NCBI GenBank assembly: GCA_001643675.2
Contig: LSRY02000036.1
Location: forward strand, 434,001-498,000
Direction of reading: 5' to 3'
Source of the DNA: Monocercomonoides exilis PA203
Lineage: Eukaryota > Protista > Preaxostyla
Length of the DNA stretch: 64,000 bases
Shown here: positions 51,043 to 64,000 of the stretch, in pieces
How positions within the stretch are numbered: the stretch's first letter is position 1
How the letters are laid out: every line of letters begins with the position of its first letter
The notes under the pieces: generated by a model
The model's database searches: none
Told to the model about the DNA's origin: nothing
What the model saw: only the letters and a program-made list of their open reading frames with translations
Program-made: the position numbers and the translations under genes

Positions 51043-54000
51043 TCAAGTGTTAAAACCTGGAAGCGACGCGAACGGGAAGTGGGTGGTCAGAAACTTCGAG
51101 ATTTCTCGTCTGACAGGCAAACTGTCCGTTCGGATGAGAAACAGACACAGCGGGACAAGCTCGCTGAGGTAGTTCTTCAGCATCGCCTGGGGCAGTTGGT
51201 TCAGCTGCGCGAGGACGATGGCAATGGAAGGAGAGTATTGAGAGATGGTGGATGTGGACAGCACGTCCGCTGTGGTGACACTCAACGTCCGCGACAGGCG
51301 GATATGCGACTGCGCTTTCCACACAAGTTCCTCTGAGTCTGAGTCTGAGTCGTCGTCTTCGGCTTCTGATTCTTCTTTTTCTGCTGCTTCTTCTTTTTTC
51401 GCTTCCTGATTTTCTTTTTTATCTTCTCTGCTGTTCTCATTCTGAGAAGCATTGCTCAATTCCGATATCTTTTGATTGCATTCTGAAGGAACATTATTAT
51501 TCGTCTCCTCTTCTTTTGATGTCTTTTCCAGCGGTGGCTGCGTTGGGATGGTCTGAGGCGTGACAGCAACATCAGCTTCTGCCCACACTTCTTTCTGCTG
51601 CTCCTGTGGCGTCTCCACAACAGTCTGCAGCTCAGCACTCATCTCTCTTTTGATAATCTGCTCGCTTTCTGCTTCTTTCCTCTTGCTCATTCGCTTCTGC
51701 TCTTTTTGGCTGTCGAGCTCTGCCCGTTTGATCAGCACCTGCTTCGCTGATGTCTCCAGCGCTGTCCGCAGCGATGAAAGCGACAGAGAAGGAGGAAGCG
51801 CCTCACACACAGCCAGGCGGATGTGATAGACAGCAAGCGTCTCGAAAATAGCAGCGAAAAAGAGAAGCTCAGCCTCTTCGTGTGGAGAAGAGAACAGTGC
51901 AGGGTTCTCCAGACAGTATTCAGAAACAGACTGCTGCTGATGATCTGCATCATCTGCTTCCTCATCATCCCCTGGATGAATCAAAGAAGAGCTTGTCTTT
52001 TGTCGCATTTTGAACACAGAGCCATTCGCAACCATCGTTTTGAGCTGTTCGAGCGAGTAAAAAGTGGACGGCAGAGCAGAGGCTGACATGGAAGGCGGGG
52101 AATCTCTGTCGAAGAAGTCGAAAAGAGAGGGACGAATTGAGACAATTGGAACATCACTATCAGCGTCAGAGGAGCAAGGCATCCACTTCACGATGATTCT
52201 GGATAGCATAGACAAGTATGTTGAGAGAGCATCCTGTTCCAGCTCGATTAGCATCGGCACTTCGTCTCCAAACACAGCCACTTTCAGCAGCAGCTGCTGA
52301 GTTATTTGTGAGTCATACGACCGAGCAAAGGAAAGCACCTGGTTGATTTCTTTGAGAAGGGGAAAGAGAAGCGATGGAGGGATAATGTTGAAGTATGTGC
52401 TCATCACTTTTTCAAGTATCTTGATCAGGGAATGCTGAGCAGAACACTTCCATTTCAGCTTGATGATCCCAAAGGGAGTAAATGGAACAGCCGGAAGATA
52501 GTTCAGAAGAGAATATTCCTTTGAAGATTGTCCATTGTCAGAAGTGCCAGTCTGTTGCAGCTTTTGGCTCTGCCTCGCTGAAGATGTTGTCTGTGAAGAT
52601 TGCTTCGATGATGAAACTGACTGAGAACGAAAAGTATTTCGTGACTGAGTTGAATCAGAAATATACAGTGAAGATGAAAGTGCATGTGGCTGGATGTTCA
52701 GAGTGGATGCAATTGTTGGAGGTGAATCAAGCGGAGAGGCAACCGGTGATGATGTTTCTCCATGAGACCCAGCAAAAGCAGCAGGAACTGGGCTGCTTGG
52801 TGTTCGGGAGACGCTCTTATGTGACTGCGAGGCAGATGAGAATGCTTCATTCACATTTGTCTGACTCACAGAATTTGAAGGAGAGGTGCCTGAAGAAGAG
52901 CAGGAGCGCAGTGGAGAGCTGCTGATGCGCACCATTTTGGGAAACTCGAGCAATTCGCTTGGTTGTGTGTCTGTGAACAGCCTGTGGAATGAATGTGCCA
53001 CGTGCTCCCAGTCAGAAGGGGTGAGGGAAGGCCCCGTCTGAACAAGATACTCTTCTAACACTGGGAAGCCGTGCTGAGCCACTTCGTCGGCGGGCGAAAG
53101 CACAACATCAACGATTGTGTCCAGAAGTTGCTGGAATACAGAAGACGAGGAGGTGTGCTTTGATGCTGTTGATGATGCTGATGATGATGCTGCTGAAGAG
53201 GATGAGGCTGAGGAAGCTGAAGATGGAGGAGGAGAAGATGTTGCTGATGAACTGTCATTCTCACCTTGCTTTTGACTGAAAAACGACACAGAAATAGTGT
53301 TTGACTGGCAAGAAGAGCCAGATTGATCTTTATCATTTTTATTAATGCCAATTGGAGAGTCAGCTGCTGCTGCTGCTGGCAATGACTTCACAGAACGAGA
53401 ATGAGCCAAGCCAGACGAGGTGTGTATCTGCTCTGATGCTCTGTGGGGCATCTCTGACACAAACGCGATGAGAGAGTGAAGAGAAAGCATGAGTGTGTTC
53501 TCAATCCACTCAAACTCCACCTCCTTCTGCTTCCTCTCTGCTGCTGTCGTTGTTTCTGTGGCATGCGACACAATCTGCATTCTCTCAATCGACTGCGACT
53601 GAAGCTCCACAAAGCGCTGTGTGTGATAAACCACCTGTCTCATCAGTGGCAGCTCCAACTGCTGATACGCTGCCTCCCAAAACTCGACTGGGAAGTACTT
53701 GCCATACTCAGTGATAGTAGCATGGAAGATGTTGAAGCCCTTTTCACGCACTTTGGTGTTGCTCACGTTGAGAAGAGAGCGGAGGGCGGTGAGACAAGGC
53801 AGCCACAGATATTGTATGTGGTCAGCGTCAAAGACAGCCATGTGGCAATGCAGCTGAAGGGAACGCTTTTGATGTGCTGTGAGAACATCAGCAGTGGAAG
53901 AAGAGGAGGAAGAGGAGGAAGATGATGAAGATTCTTTGGTTACTGTGATTATGTTCGATTTTATTGGGTTTGGTGGAGGTTGGGTGGGGGATATGCTTCC

Positions 54001-57000
54001 ACTCGCTGAGGCAGATGCAGATGATGATGGAGAATGTGCAGGTGATGATGAAGCAGAAGCAGAAGGCGAAGCAGAAGGCGAAGAAGAAGCCGACGATGCG
54101 AAAAACGACGTGGATGGTACAACTTTAGCAGCCGGGACAACAGTAACGCTACAAGCGCTGACTTCTCCCTTTGGAGCCGCAAACACAGGCGCCGGCTGAG
54201 CCACGCACGCCGCCGGCCTCAGGGCGCCTTCGATATCAGGCATGTGAGGAAGAGGGGTGTTTCCGGCAAAGATCGACGTGACAGACTCAAAAAGAGAGGC
54301 AGAAGAGAGGCGGAGTTGGAGAGGGAGCGTCAGCGAGCGGGAGAAAGCAGCGACGGCGAAGAGGCATTCGTCGAGTGAATACGGCAGCCAGATGGGGAAG
54401 TGCTCGAAGAACAGCGTTTTGAACGAGCGGAAGGCAGATTCGGTGATTTGGGCAGAGGAGTCGTGGGAGAAGTGGGCGAATGTGAGCATAATCATCTGCC
54501 AGCCAGCCTCGATGATGTGGTGGCGGGTGGTGCAGAGGCTGTTGAGGAACTTGAGCAGCTGCTCGCGGATCTTCAGGGGAATGACAGAGAATGAAGAAGA
54601 AGAAGAGGAGGAGGAAGAAGAAGAAGAAATGACAAGAGGAGGGATGTGAGAGTGAGAGAGATGATAAGTGTGGTGTGAAGAGGAGAAGAGGAAAGGGGAC
54701 AAAGATGACAAAGAAGACAAAGACGAAGGAGACATGTCGAAAGCAGAAGAGCGAGAAAGGGCAGACATGAAAGGCGAAGAAGCAAATGACAATGAATGAA
54801 TTGAGGCAGCAGCAGGAGATTGGGTGAGAGAAGGAGAAGGAGAAGGCGTGGGGACAAGAGAAAGGTTTCTTTCGTGTTCAAAAGGAGAATTCACAGTTGG
54901 AACGCTGTGGGAGAAGAGGGCAGGAGACTGATAGCGAGCGAGGGTGATGGGAGAAGAAGGGATGAGCTCTTCTTTGATAGGCAGATCTTCGTCAGCAAGT
55001 TGGTTGGATGCAGAGAAGGAAGAAGAAGCTGAGGAAGAGAAAGAAGAAGAAGAAGAAGCACTTGAAGAAGACATCAGATTTGACAGCTGGACACACAAAC
55101 AAAGTGGGGACAAGATGATTGACTGGAAGAGATGCACATTGCAGACGATGTTTGGATTGTAGCTGAGAAGCAAGAACTGCTCCTGTAGCTGCAGCTGCTT
55201 CTGCTCCTGCTCCTCTTCCTCACTCAAGTTCTGCGTGTCGCTCACAAACAGCCTCAGCAGGCGCTGGATGGATGTGGAGGAGTTGCAGTGCAGCTGGCCG
55301 AAGATCGCCTCTTTCCTCGCCATCAGCTGCGGCGGCAGGGAAAGCGAGCGCATCAGCCTGTACTCGTTCTCTATGTCATCCTCTCTCACTTTCTCGTCTG
55401 TTGCAAAGGGAAGATTCCATCTGTTCTGTTTGTGTCTCTCGTGTGTGGGGATGGTGGCGTTGTGCTTCGAAAGGAGAGAGTTCGTGAAGCTGACAAGACA
55501 CTCCGCCAGAAGCAGAGAGGTGGGCTCGCTGGCAGACGAGGCCAGCAGGCGGATGAGATGGTCAGAGAGAGGCAGCCACAGCGCATCCCAGAGCGGATAC
55601 AGCGGCCGGATGCCGATGTTCATCTCGATCACCTCTTGCAGCTTCTTCAGGCAGAACGTCTGATTGCGCGGAAACACGAAAGAGCTGTCAATTGCGCCAG
55701 TGGCTGGGTTAATCACTACATTTGGGGCAGTCATGTCGACTTCTGATACTTGGCACAGCGCAATCACAAAGTCGAGGAACTCCTGGTCAGGCAGCTTGAC
55801 AGTGTTGGCGAAGATCTGGCTGAAAGCAAGAGGAATGCGCGAGTTGTTGAGGATGGCCAAGTTATGTGCATTCATCTGCTCCCAGTTGGGACACTCACTT
55901 TGAGAAACAGAGCGGATGAAGCAGGGCGAGTACAGTGGGAGAAGAGAAGGTGGGAAGAGAGAAAGAGCAGAAAGAGAAGAAAGCGATGAAGCTAAGTCTG
56001 CTCCTGTGTTGCTATCAGAGATGGATGCCTGCAGTGTGTCTGCTGTCTTTATTGAAGAGGAAGGAATAGCAGCTGAGCCAGAAGAGGTGATGTGAACAGA
56101 ACCAGGCACAAGCGATGGCGAAGAAGCCATCAAATTCAAAGAGGCATCAGCATGTGCCACTGATGATGAAGATGATGAAGATGATGATGCATTCACAGCC
56201 AATCTATTGCACTCTGCATTGTTGTATTCGAGATTCATCGGAATAGCACAGATGGGCTGATCAACCCCCACCACACTCTCTCCCTCTGTCAGCTGCTGTA
56301 TCCTCACTGCACACTGAATAACTGTCGCCCAGCTCATCCCCAGTCTGTACTGAATCTCGTTGTGCGCCGACGCGTTCCCTTTCGCCCCGCTCTTCAGTGC
56401 AGACGTGTCAGCACCTGCACACTCCAGCAGCAGTACCAGCGCCTGCACATGCTTCGGCTCCAGCAGCTGCCGCGAGAAGAGCTGCGACATGGCTGCCAGC
56501 GAGCTCACTAGCTTCACCACTTCGGGGCCCAGGCCGTAATAGCTGGCGAGCTGGATCGAGTTGCGGAACGCTGCCAGACAAAGTGAGTAGTACACTTCCT
56601 GCCGCGTCTGCTGGAACACATTCACAAGCGACTCCACAATCGGCCCACAGATCACTTTCATGATCAGCCGGCCGTGCTCTCTCCGTGCTTGAGTGCTTGC
56701 TTCAGCATACATCGAGTGATCACCTGCATCTTCTTCGTCATTCTCTGATTCGGAGCTTCTGTTATTGCTCACATCAGCACTTGCATTTCCACTCGCATTG
56801 CCTTCGCTATCTGCATCTCCTGTTTTCTTCATTGTTTTGTCTCCTCCTTCTCCACTTCCATTCTGCTTCATTGTCTTTTCTGCTGCTTCTGCAGACTCGT
56901 CAGCTGCATTCTTCTTGATTGCTATTTTCATCGACTGCCGCTGCGTCCGCATCTTCTCAACCATCTGCTTCGTGATCAGCCTTCTCTCCTCCTCTGCCCT

Positions 57001-59882
57001 TTCCTTCCGCACTTTCGCCAGCTCTTTCGGTTTCAGTCTCTTCTTCTCCTCTTCCAGCGCCAGCTGCGTCCGCTCATCGTCATCGCCAATCACTTTGATC
57101 TCGTTCTGGCACATCCTGTCATACATCGCGCTCAGCTCCTCCTCACTCAGCCCAGTTTCTTCATTCTGCGAGAAGAACGTCTCCTTCGTGTAGCCAGCAA
57201 GCATCCCTGTGTGTGCGAAGGAATGGACCATCATCAGTGTGTATGACAGAAGATACACTTTGTCCTCATCCTCCAGCACATTCGGGTTCTGCTCCTGGTA
57301 AACCGACCCAAATACCTCCAAAATACGGTCAATCTTCTGCCCTTCACCAGGAATCCTGAACTGTGACAAGAACAGCCTTAATGCGCCATCTACAGGCAAG
57401 CCTTGCAGATGGAGTGATTGCAGATACGCCCGCAACACTTCCACGTTGAACTTGTCGGACTCTCCAAAGTATTCACCCAATTTTGTGGGAGATATCCCGT
57501 TCGTTCCAGCCACAAACTTCGCTATCCCTGCTGGCGTGTGTTCAAACAGCCCCTTGTTCACCACAAACTCCACACCCTTTTTGGGCTTTTCATTGAACAG
57601 GCGCACACCTTCGTTGATCAGCATCTTTGTGGACTTCACATGTTCTATCTGCAGCAGCGCTATGTCTGACTGTGTCTGAGCAGCCAGCGAAGCCGAGTTG
57701 AGTGTCATTGAGTTGAATGATGGAGACATAAACGGAGACCGCATTGGCGAAGGAGTAATCTTTGGTGTCTCTTCATCTGCTGTACTTTCTTCTTTTTCTT
57801 CTCCTTCTCCTTCTTTCTCGTCCTCTTTTCTGGCTCCTGCTGACAATCCTCTCTCTGCCGCCTCTCTTTCTCCCCCATTCATCATCCCACCACACTCTGA
57901 GTTTTCAATGCTTCCTTGCAATTCCCTCATCTTATCTGCCACAATCACCGCACCCGACTTCAGCACGACCTGCCCATTTGTTCCTTCCCAGTCAGCAACC
58001 TGCGCATCTCCGCCTTTCGACCCGAACTCATACAGCGACTGGGTGATGGCTGCGAGGCTTTTGAGCCCCCACTCCTGCAGCTGCATCTGAAGCTGTGTGA
58101 ACTTCACTGTGCTTGCTGCGCCTAATGCAGAAGAGGCGGTGGCTGATGAGGCTGATGAGCCAGACAGTCCAGAAGAAGACAGCTGTGATGCTTGGAAGGA
58201 CGGAGAGGAGGAAGGAGAGGAAGAGGAAGAAGAAGAAGATGATGATGAGGAAGCAGATGAAGAGGAGATTGAAGCCGAGCTGCTGGTGCTGGCAGCAGAA
58301 GCGCTGAGAGCAGGGTCGATGGGGAAAGGCGTGGCAGTCTGTGCCAGCCTGGCGATAGACAGGACAAGTGTCTCAAAGAGGTTGGTTTCATAGAGGCGGC
58401 AGTCGAAGTTGAGGAAGATGTCTGCGAGCAGCTGGCCATCCTGGAAGATGGGCGTGAATATCTCCAAAAAGGAGATCTTTTCTGGGATTTGTGTCTCGTC
58501 TGACTGCAGCACGCGCAGATAGACAGTCAGCAGGATCTCGAACTCGGTGCGGAACTTGAGGCCGAAGAGCTTCGTGATCTGCGCAATGAGGGCGACGGAG
58601 AAGCGGAAGATGTGTGGATTTGGGTAGCCGGCATTCGACAGTACGGCTGGCACGACCTGCTGTTGGACGATGGCAGCGAGCGCCTCTTCGCCCTTCAGCG
58701 CGTCCCCGCAGCGCATCAGCAGCGACAGCAGCGTCTGCAGCGAGACAATCCGCTGCTTCAGCGCCACTTCTGCTGCGAAGCCCTCGTCAGCCACGGACGG
58801 CGGGGGAACAGGCGCAGACGAATCTGAGGCAGTCTTTGAAGTGGAGGGGGAGGCTGGCGGAACGGAGGGCTGTGATTCGTGGCCTGCCTGCTTCTGCGAA
58901 GAGCCACTACTCGTGCAGGATTCCGTGGCCTTTGTGGACTTGTGGTGGATGAACTGCGCATAAGGATTGGCGCTGTTGTCCAATTTTTAATGAATGTTTA
59001 TAAAATTTGCATGTATTAATAGAATTTTGGTGAAAAATATGTGCAAACCCCCCGAGTTCATGAGTTGACACGACACATAAAATCCTAAGTATTTCAATGC
59101 AATCAGATAGTGCAATCTGTATTTTGTCTGAGTTTTGTAAGTTAATTGGATCATTGCTTCCTCCTTGAAGGGTATTCTTTATTTTAAGAAACTTTTGAAA
59201 ATATATTACGCTTAACTGCTGAAGGGTCAATGTTGAAGAATCTCGAAGTGCAGGAGTTGATGGATCAAGATGAATTCGCATTATATGTCTGAATATCATA
59301 TTAAACTTATCAAAATGAACAGAACATTTTTCTGATTCTACAATTGCAGTATAAGCCTTTAATGTAGCGGATTGAATTGCAGCCTTTGATATTGAACGAG
59401 AAGAATAAATTCCAGATATTAATTTTGATAAAAGTGTTTCAGGATCAGTTTTTTTAATGCAAGTTTCACCTGATAAAATTCTAACTTCTGCCAATTTCTT
59501 TTTTTGTAACACATTTTGTGAAAAAAATTGAAACATAAAGCTGCAAAAAAACAAACTACAACTAAATCAATGCAGGATTCAACGAGGTCGCTTCTTCCAG
59601 AAGTCAATCCTTGTTCAACAAGAGAAAAAAATTCAGGCGTTCTAAAAATTTTAATTTAATTAACGCTTAAACTATTCAAGGAATAAGCATACAAAATTAA
59701 AGTTTTCTCTTTTGTTATTTGTTCTTGACAAAAATGAATAATTTGAAAGATTATTGCTTGTTTGAAAATAACCAGATTTCAATCACACCAAGCTGGGCTT
59801 TAAATGATGTTTTCAATGCGGAATGCTTAGAATCGCATGAACTAATTATTCCTTTGATTAAAAGAATCACTGAATTATCCAT
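51043..59882 (-). CDS. SEC7: Large Arf guanine-nucleotide exchange factor, BIG/Sec7 type (DCB-HUS-Sec7-HDS), multi-exon
   Basis: Sec7 domain GVRLFNEKPKKG..LGEYFGE..FRIPGEGQKIDRILEVF (glutamic finger); HUS box DIFLNFDC..NLFE; HDS-like FCLKKLQEVIEMN..LWDALW; DCB-like 5' exons in ~59050-59882. Start codon approximate. Confidence 0.9.
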
Positions 59883-60753
59883 ACTGATCGGAACCACAAC
59901 AAATGCATTTAGATATTACAGAATTATTTTCTTTTTAAACACAATAATTTGAACTTGCATTTTAATGGATATTTTGTTGAATTATATTCCATGTCCCTGT
60001 GAATAATTTTTATTAACTTTCCAACGTGAAGTTTCAAATCAATTATAAAATTACCTGATCAAAAAAAAACCAGGAGCACATTTAAGGTGAAGTGCAAAAT
60101 GGATGAAGAACTTAAGAGCGTGAAAACAATTACGTTCATTGACATTTTAAAGATCCAATAGACTTGAATTATGTTAGCCATTTCTTTCATTCGAAGATTC
60201 GAGTCAAAATTTTTCTACAAGTCATTTCCTTTCAATGCAATCATTTTGGTTAATATATGTTTAAACTTTTCCTTCGTCCGATATGGAAGAAAACCCGCGA
60301 GTTGCAAAACAATAGAATTATCAACAAATGCTTCGCTCAAATTGATTTAGAGTCTTTTCCGTTAGTTGTGATCTAATTGTGAGTGATTTTCTAGTATTTC
60401 TCTTTTTCCATTAATGATAAAATTGCATCCTTTTAACTGAGAGACAAAGGAAAATGTATGTATTTTTGAAAAATTAAATATGTGAATTATTGCTTTTGAA
60501 AAAGTATTTTATTTTGTCTTAATTTTTTTTTTTTTTGATTTTTATTTTTTGATTATATTTTTTAGTCAATCGATTTTTGTTTCTTATGTTTTTGTAATAC
60601 TCATATTGTATTTCAAGGAAGATACTCAAACTAACTGAGAACGGTGGCTGTGCTTTTTTTTAAAAAATAATAGACTTCCAAGAAAATGAAACAGAAGAAA
60701 AAAATATGGTTGCATTTCCCATAAGAAAAGGAAAGTGTTGAAAAATTTATAAT

Positions 60754-63700
60754 ATGAAAATTGGTGTGAATCGAAGCATTCCTGTGGTGGTGATTTGTGT
60801 GGTTGTGTGCAATATGGAATGCAGAGGTTTATGGGAAGAAGAAGAAGTTTTTTTAAAGGAAGTGAACGAGGATAGAAGAAATGAAAGAAACATTCCTGTT
60901 CCTTCCTTTTCAAAGGAGAAAAACGGACATTGTGTAGGATTTGGAATAAACGGATATTCGATACAGTGTGGTGATGCTGAAATGAATGGTGGTAAAGAAT
61001 TTGGAAAGAGAAAAGCTTTTTCAAGAAAAATGTTAGAAAACGATTATAACGGAATGAATCAAAAACCAGACAAAAAGAAAATGAGAGTTCATCAAAATGG
61101 AGCATCACAAATGAGACAAGAAATTATAAGAAAATCATCAACTGTAGTATCAAGCGTTGTCAAAGGACAGTTGATTTTGATGAATTCCTCATTGATTTTA
61201 AGAAGACTAACAATGATCTCAGATAGGTTTAAAAATGTTGTATTTGCAAGAGATGAAAGCTTTGTATCATTTGCTGTGTGTAAATTTGATCTGAGAGCTG
61301 ATGTTTCCCCAATAATCCTTAGTGGAAGCTGTGCTTCGTTCACAAACATTTCACAAAGTAGTTTGAATTCAAATTCTTGCCCAATTCAAAGACTTTTTTC
61401 TTCCAAACAAGCTGGAGGATCTTCAACGAAATTCTGTCAGGTTTCAGTTTGCTCAACTCACTTTTCTTCATTCCAAACATATGAGCTTCCATTTCTATCT
61501 TCGCAGTTTGTCGAAAGCACATCACTCTCAGATTTATGTATCTCCAACATATCGATAAATGATGCACGCAAACAGTTTTTATATTTATCCCGATGCCGAT
61601 ACTTCACTCTGATGAGTGATTGTTCCTTTTCATCGGTCTGTGATGTCTTTGATGAGGGAATTGTTCCATCTCTTTCAAATCCATTTGCTTCTTTGATGGC
61701 CTCAAACACTTCTTTTGTTGGATGTTATCGGACAAGAAATGTTGAATGCACTGGGACTTCAGATAATAAGAAACAACCAGGGAGGCAAAGCATTACTGAC
61801 AATGGACCGAATACATTCACTTGGTGTGAATGGAATGGTTCGAAAACAACAGGAACGAATGAAACGTGGGAAGATGACGATTCTAACGGTGGAGCGATTC
61901 GTATGTACAATCTAGGAAATGGAGAACTTTCTGTTACTCATTGTTCATTTAATGATTGTTATGCCCATTATCGAGGAGGTGGAATAATGTGCAATGCAAT
62001 AAAATCGGTTGAGATTGAAAACAGTTTTTTTAATTCTTGTAATGCTCAAAGCCATGCTGGAGGGGGATTATACGCTTTCTTGATATCAACTTGTGTTCGG
62101 ATCTGTGGATGCGAATTTCAGAATTGTCAAGCAAAAGAATGTGGAGGAGGGCTTTATCTTGGTGATTTCCAAGTTTCAGGAACAGGATGCATTGAAGACG
62201 AAAACGAAGGAGGTGAAATGGAATGCATCTTTGAGTGTAACTTTATTTCTTGTTTTGTGATAAAGAATTGGGAGGGGGTATGTATTGTGATAATGTTCCC
62301 GCTGCATTTAATATGAGAAGCATTCAATTTGTCTATTGCACAGCAGTAGGGACTGGTGGAGGATTTCATTTTTATATAAATCAAACAGAAGTGTTATATG
62401 GAACAAATATATGTTATTACCTATTCTTTCATGAATGCAAATGCAAAGCTGAACCTCCATATGGTCATGACATTATGTTTTATGATTATCAAAAAATCTA
62501 TTTGAACTCAAGAAATCCGTTCTATGAAAGCTACACAACAAACACAGATGATCAGAGAGTGTGCTATGGATTTTGGTTCAGTGAAGTGGAATATCAGCAC
62601 ACTCAAAAGAAGTGGTGGCTTAAGGACAAGACAGTTTATGTCTCTGTGAATGGAAATGATTTGTATGAGCCGTGTGGGGCGAATGAATCAAATCCGTGCA
62701 AAACAGTGAAGAAGGCGTTTGAAATGTGTGAGGTGCAGATTAGCTTGGCAATCACACTGATGAAAGGGAATCATGTGAGTGAGGCAACAACAGTTGCGAT
62801 TGGAACAAAGAAGATTTCAGTCATTGGGAAAGGGAGGGCGGAGAGTTCGATTGGAACAGGAGCCCTTTCATCAACCGGATCGCTGTTCAGCGTGTCAACA
62901 GGTCATCTTGGAATGAGTCATTTGAAAGTCGATTGTAACTCAAATATAAATCCTTCTTCGCCGAGCGTGGTTGTGGTGTCTGATGGAGGTGGGTCACTCT
63001 CGTTGGAGGATGTTGTGATCACCACGAGCAAAACAGGAAACGATGTGATGTCGTCGTCAGTGTTTGTGGTGGCGCTGTCACAGCTGTCGATGGTTGATGT
63101 GGAGATTAAAGATTTGAATGTATCAAAACCATTGTTCTCTGAGCCGGATCTATCTTCTTCTTCTTCTTCTTCATTGTCTTCATCTGCACTGTATCTGACA
63201 GCCACAGAATCAGGAGACAGCAAGCTGGCAAATGTGAAGGTGATGAATGTGAAGTTGACTGAAGGAGATGGGGTTGTTGTGTCAAGGAATGTGAAGGCTG
63301 GAGAGACATTTGAGGTCAAGAATATGACAATCGAAGATTGTGAGTGTGAGAATGGCAGTGGTGGTGGGATCAAAGTTGATTTGTTATCGCCAACAAGCAA
63401 GCTTCAAGTTGAAATATCAACAACTTTCAACAGATGCGCATGTGGTAAATATGGAGGAGGGATTGATGTATCTGTCTAACAACTCGATTGACTTTTCGAT
63501 TGTGTCAGTTGACTTTTCAGGATGTTCAGCTTTATTGGGAGGGAATTATGTGCTTGTGAATGGGAGCAATTCAGCGAGCTGGGCAATAACAACAGAAAAG
63601 CTGAATGTACAACATGACAATTCAAAATACAATGAGATTGTGGGATTCGATCGGAGTGACTCGACAATGGGGCTGTTCCCACTGAATGTGTATTTGGATG

Positions 63701-64000
63701 AACATGAAGAATCAGCACATGTGGGGAAGGGGAAGGATGGGCTGGGCGGATACGACATGTGGTTCTGTGGGTTTGATTATTATCCGTGTGCCACCATCAC
63801 GCATGCAGCGCAGGTGAGATATGCAGACACAAACAAGAAGATCGAATTGGATTCAGGATTTGAGCTTGTTGAGGCAGTTGGAATGACAGATGGCCAGGAA
63901 TGGGAGATTTCATGTGTCACAAAAGGGACGGCAATCGAGGTGAAAGCACCAGAGCATTTTGAGTCATCTTGTCTGATTGAGGTTCAGAGCAAGTGTTCCA
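60754..64000 (+). CDS. Large beta-helix (GGAI/GGGL repeat) surface protein of an expanded family; two frameshifts (~62270, ~63462); runs off the window; possibly a pseudogene
   Basis: Hydrophobic N-terminal stretch; repeats NGGAIRM, GGGIMC, GGGLY, GGGMYC, GGGIKV; VYVSVNGND..CGANESNPCKTV; the third segment reads MYLSNNSIDF..GYDMWFCGFDYYPCATI to the window end. Confidence 0.75.

Overview
Eukaryotic (protist) genomic DNA with short spliceosomal introns and the standard genetic code. The gene families, low-complexity Ser/Glu tracts and intron style resemble the oxymonad Monocercomonoides (inference, not database-checked). The dominant feature is a giant near-perfect inverted duplication: 1-13766 mirrors 13823-27600 and may extend past the left window edge. 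Its symmetry axis lies exactly in the centre of a 396-bp TA-flanked foldback/MITE element (13597-13992). A second, free-standing 396-bp copy of that element sits at 36131-36526, and a different 93-bp-arm foldback element abuts the central one on both sides. The duplicated arm carries a Pmp-like beta-helix membrane protein, a member plus a decayed copy of a lineage-specific helical gene family, and a plant-MKP1-like dual-specificity phosphatase with gelsolin-like domains. The unique part holds an OFD1-like LisH protein, two more family members, a small coiled-coil gene, a ~3500-aa mosaic type-I membrane protein, a BIG/Sec7 Arf-GEF and a frameshifted beta-helix surface-protein gene running off the right edge. 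Whether the palindrome is real or a fold-back read/assembly artefact cannot be settled from this window; arm-specific substitutions and triplet-repeat differences lean towards real.
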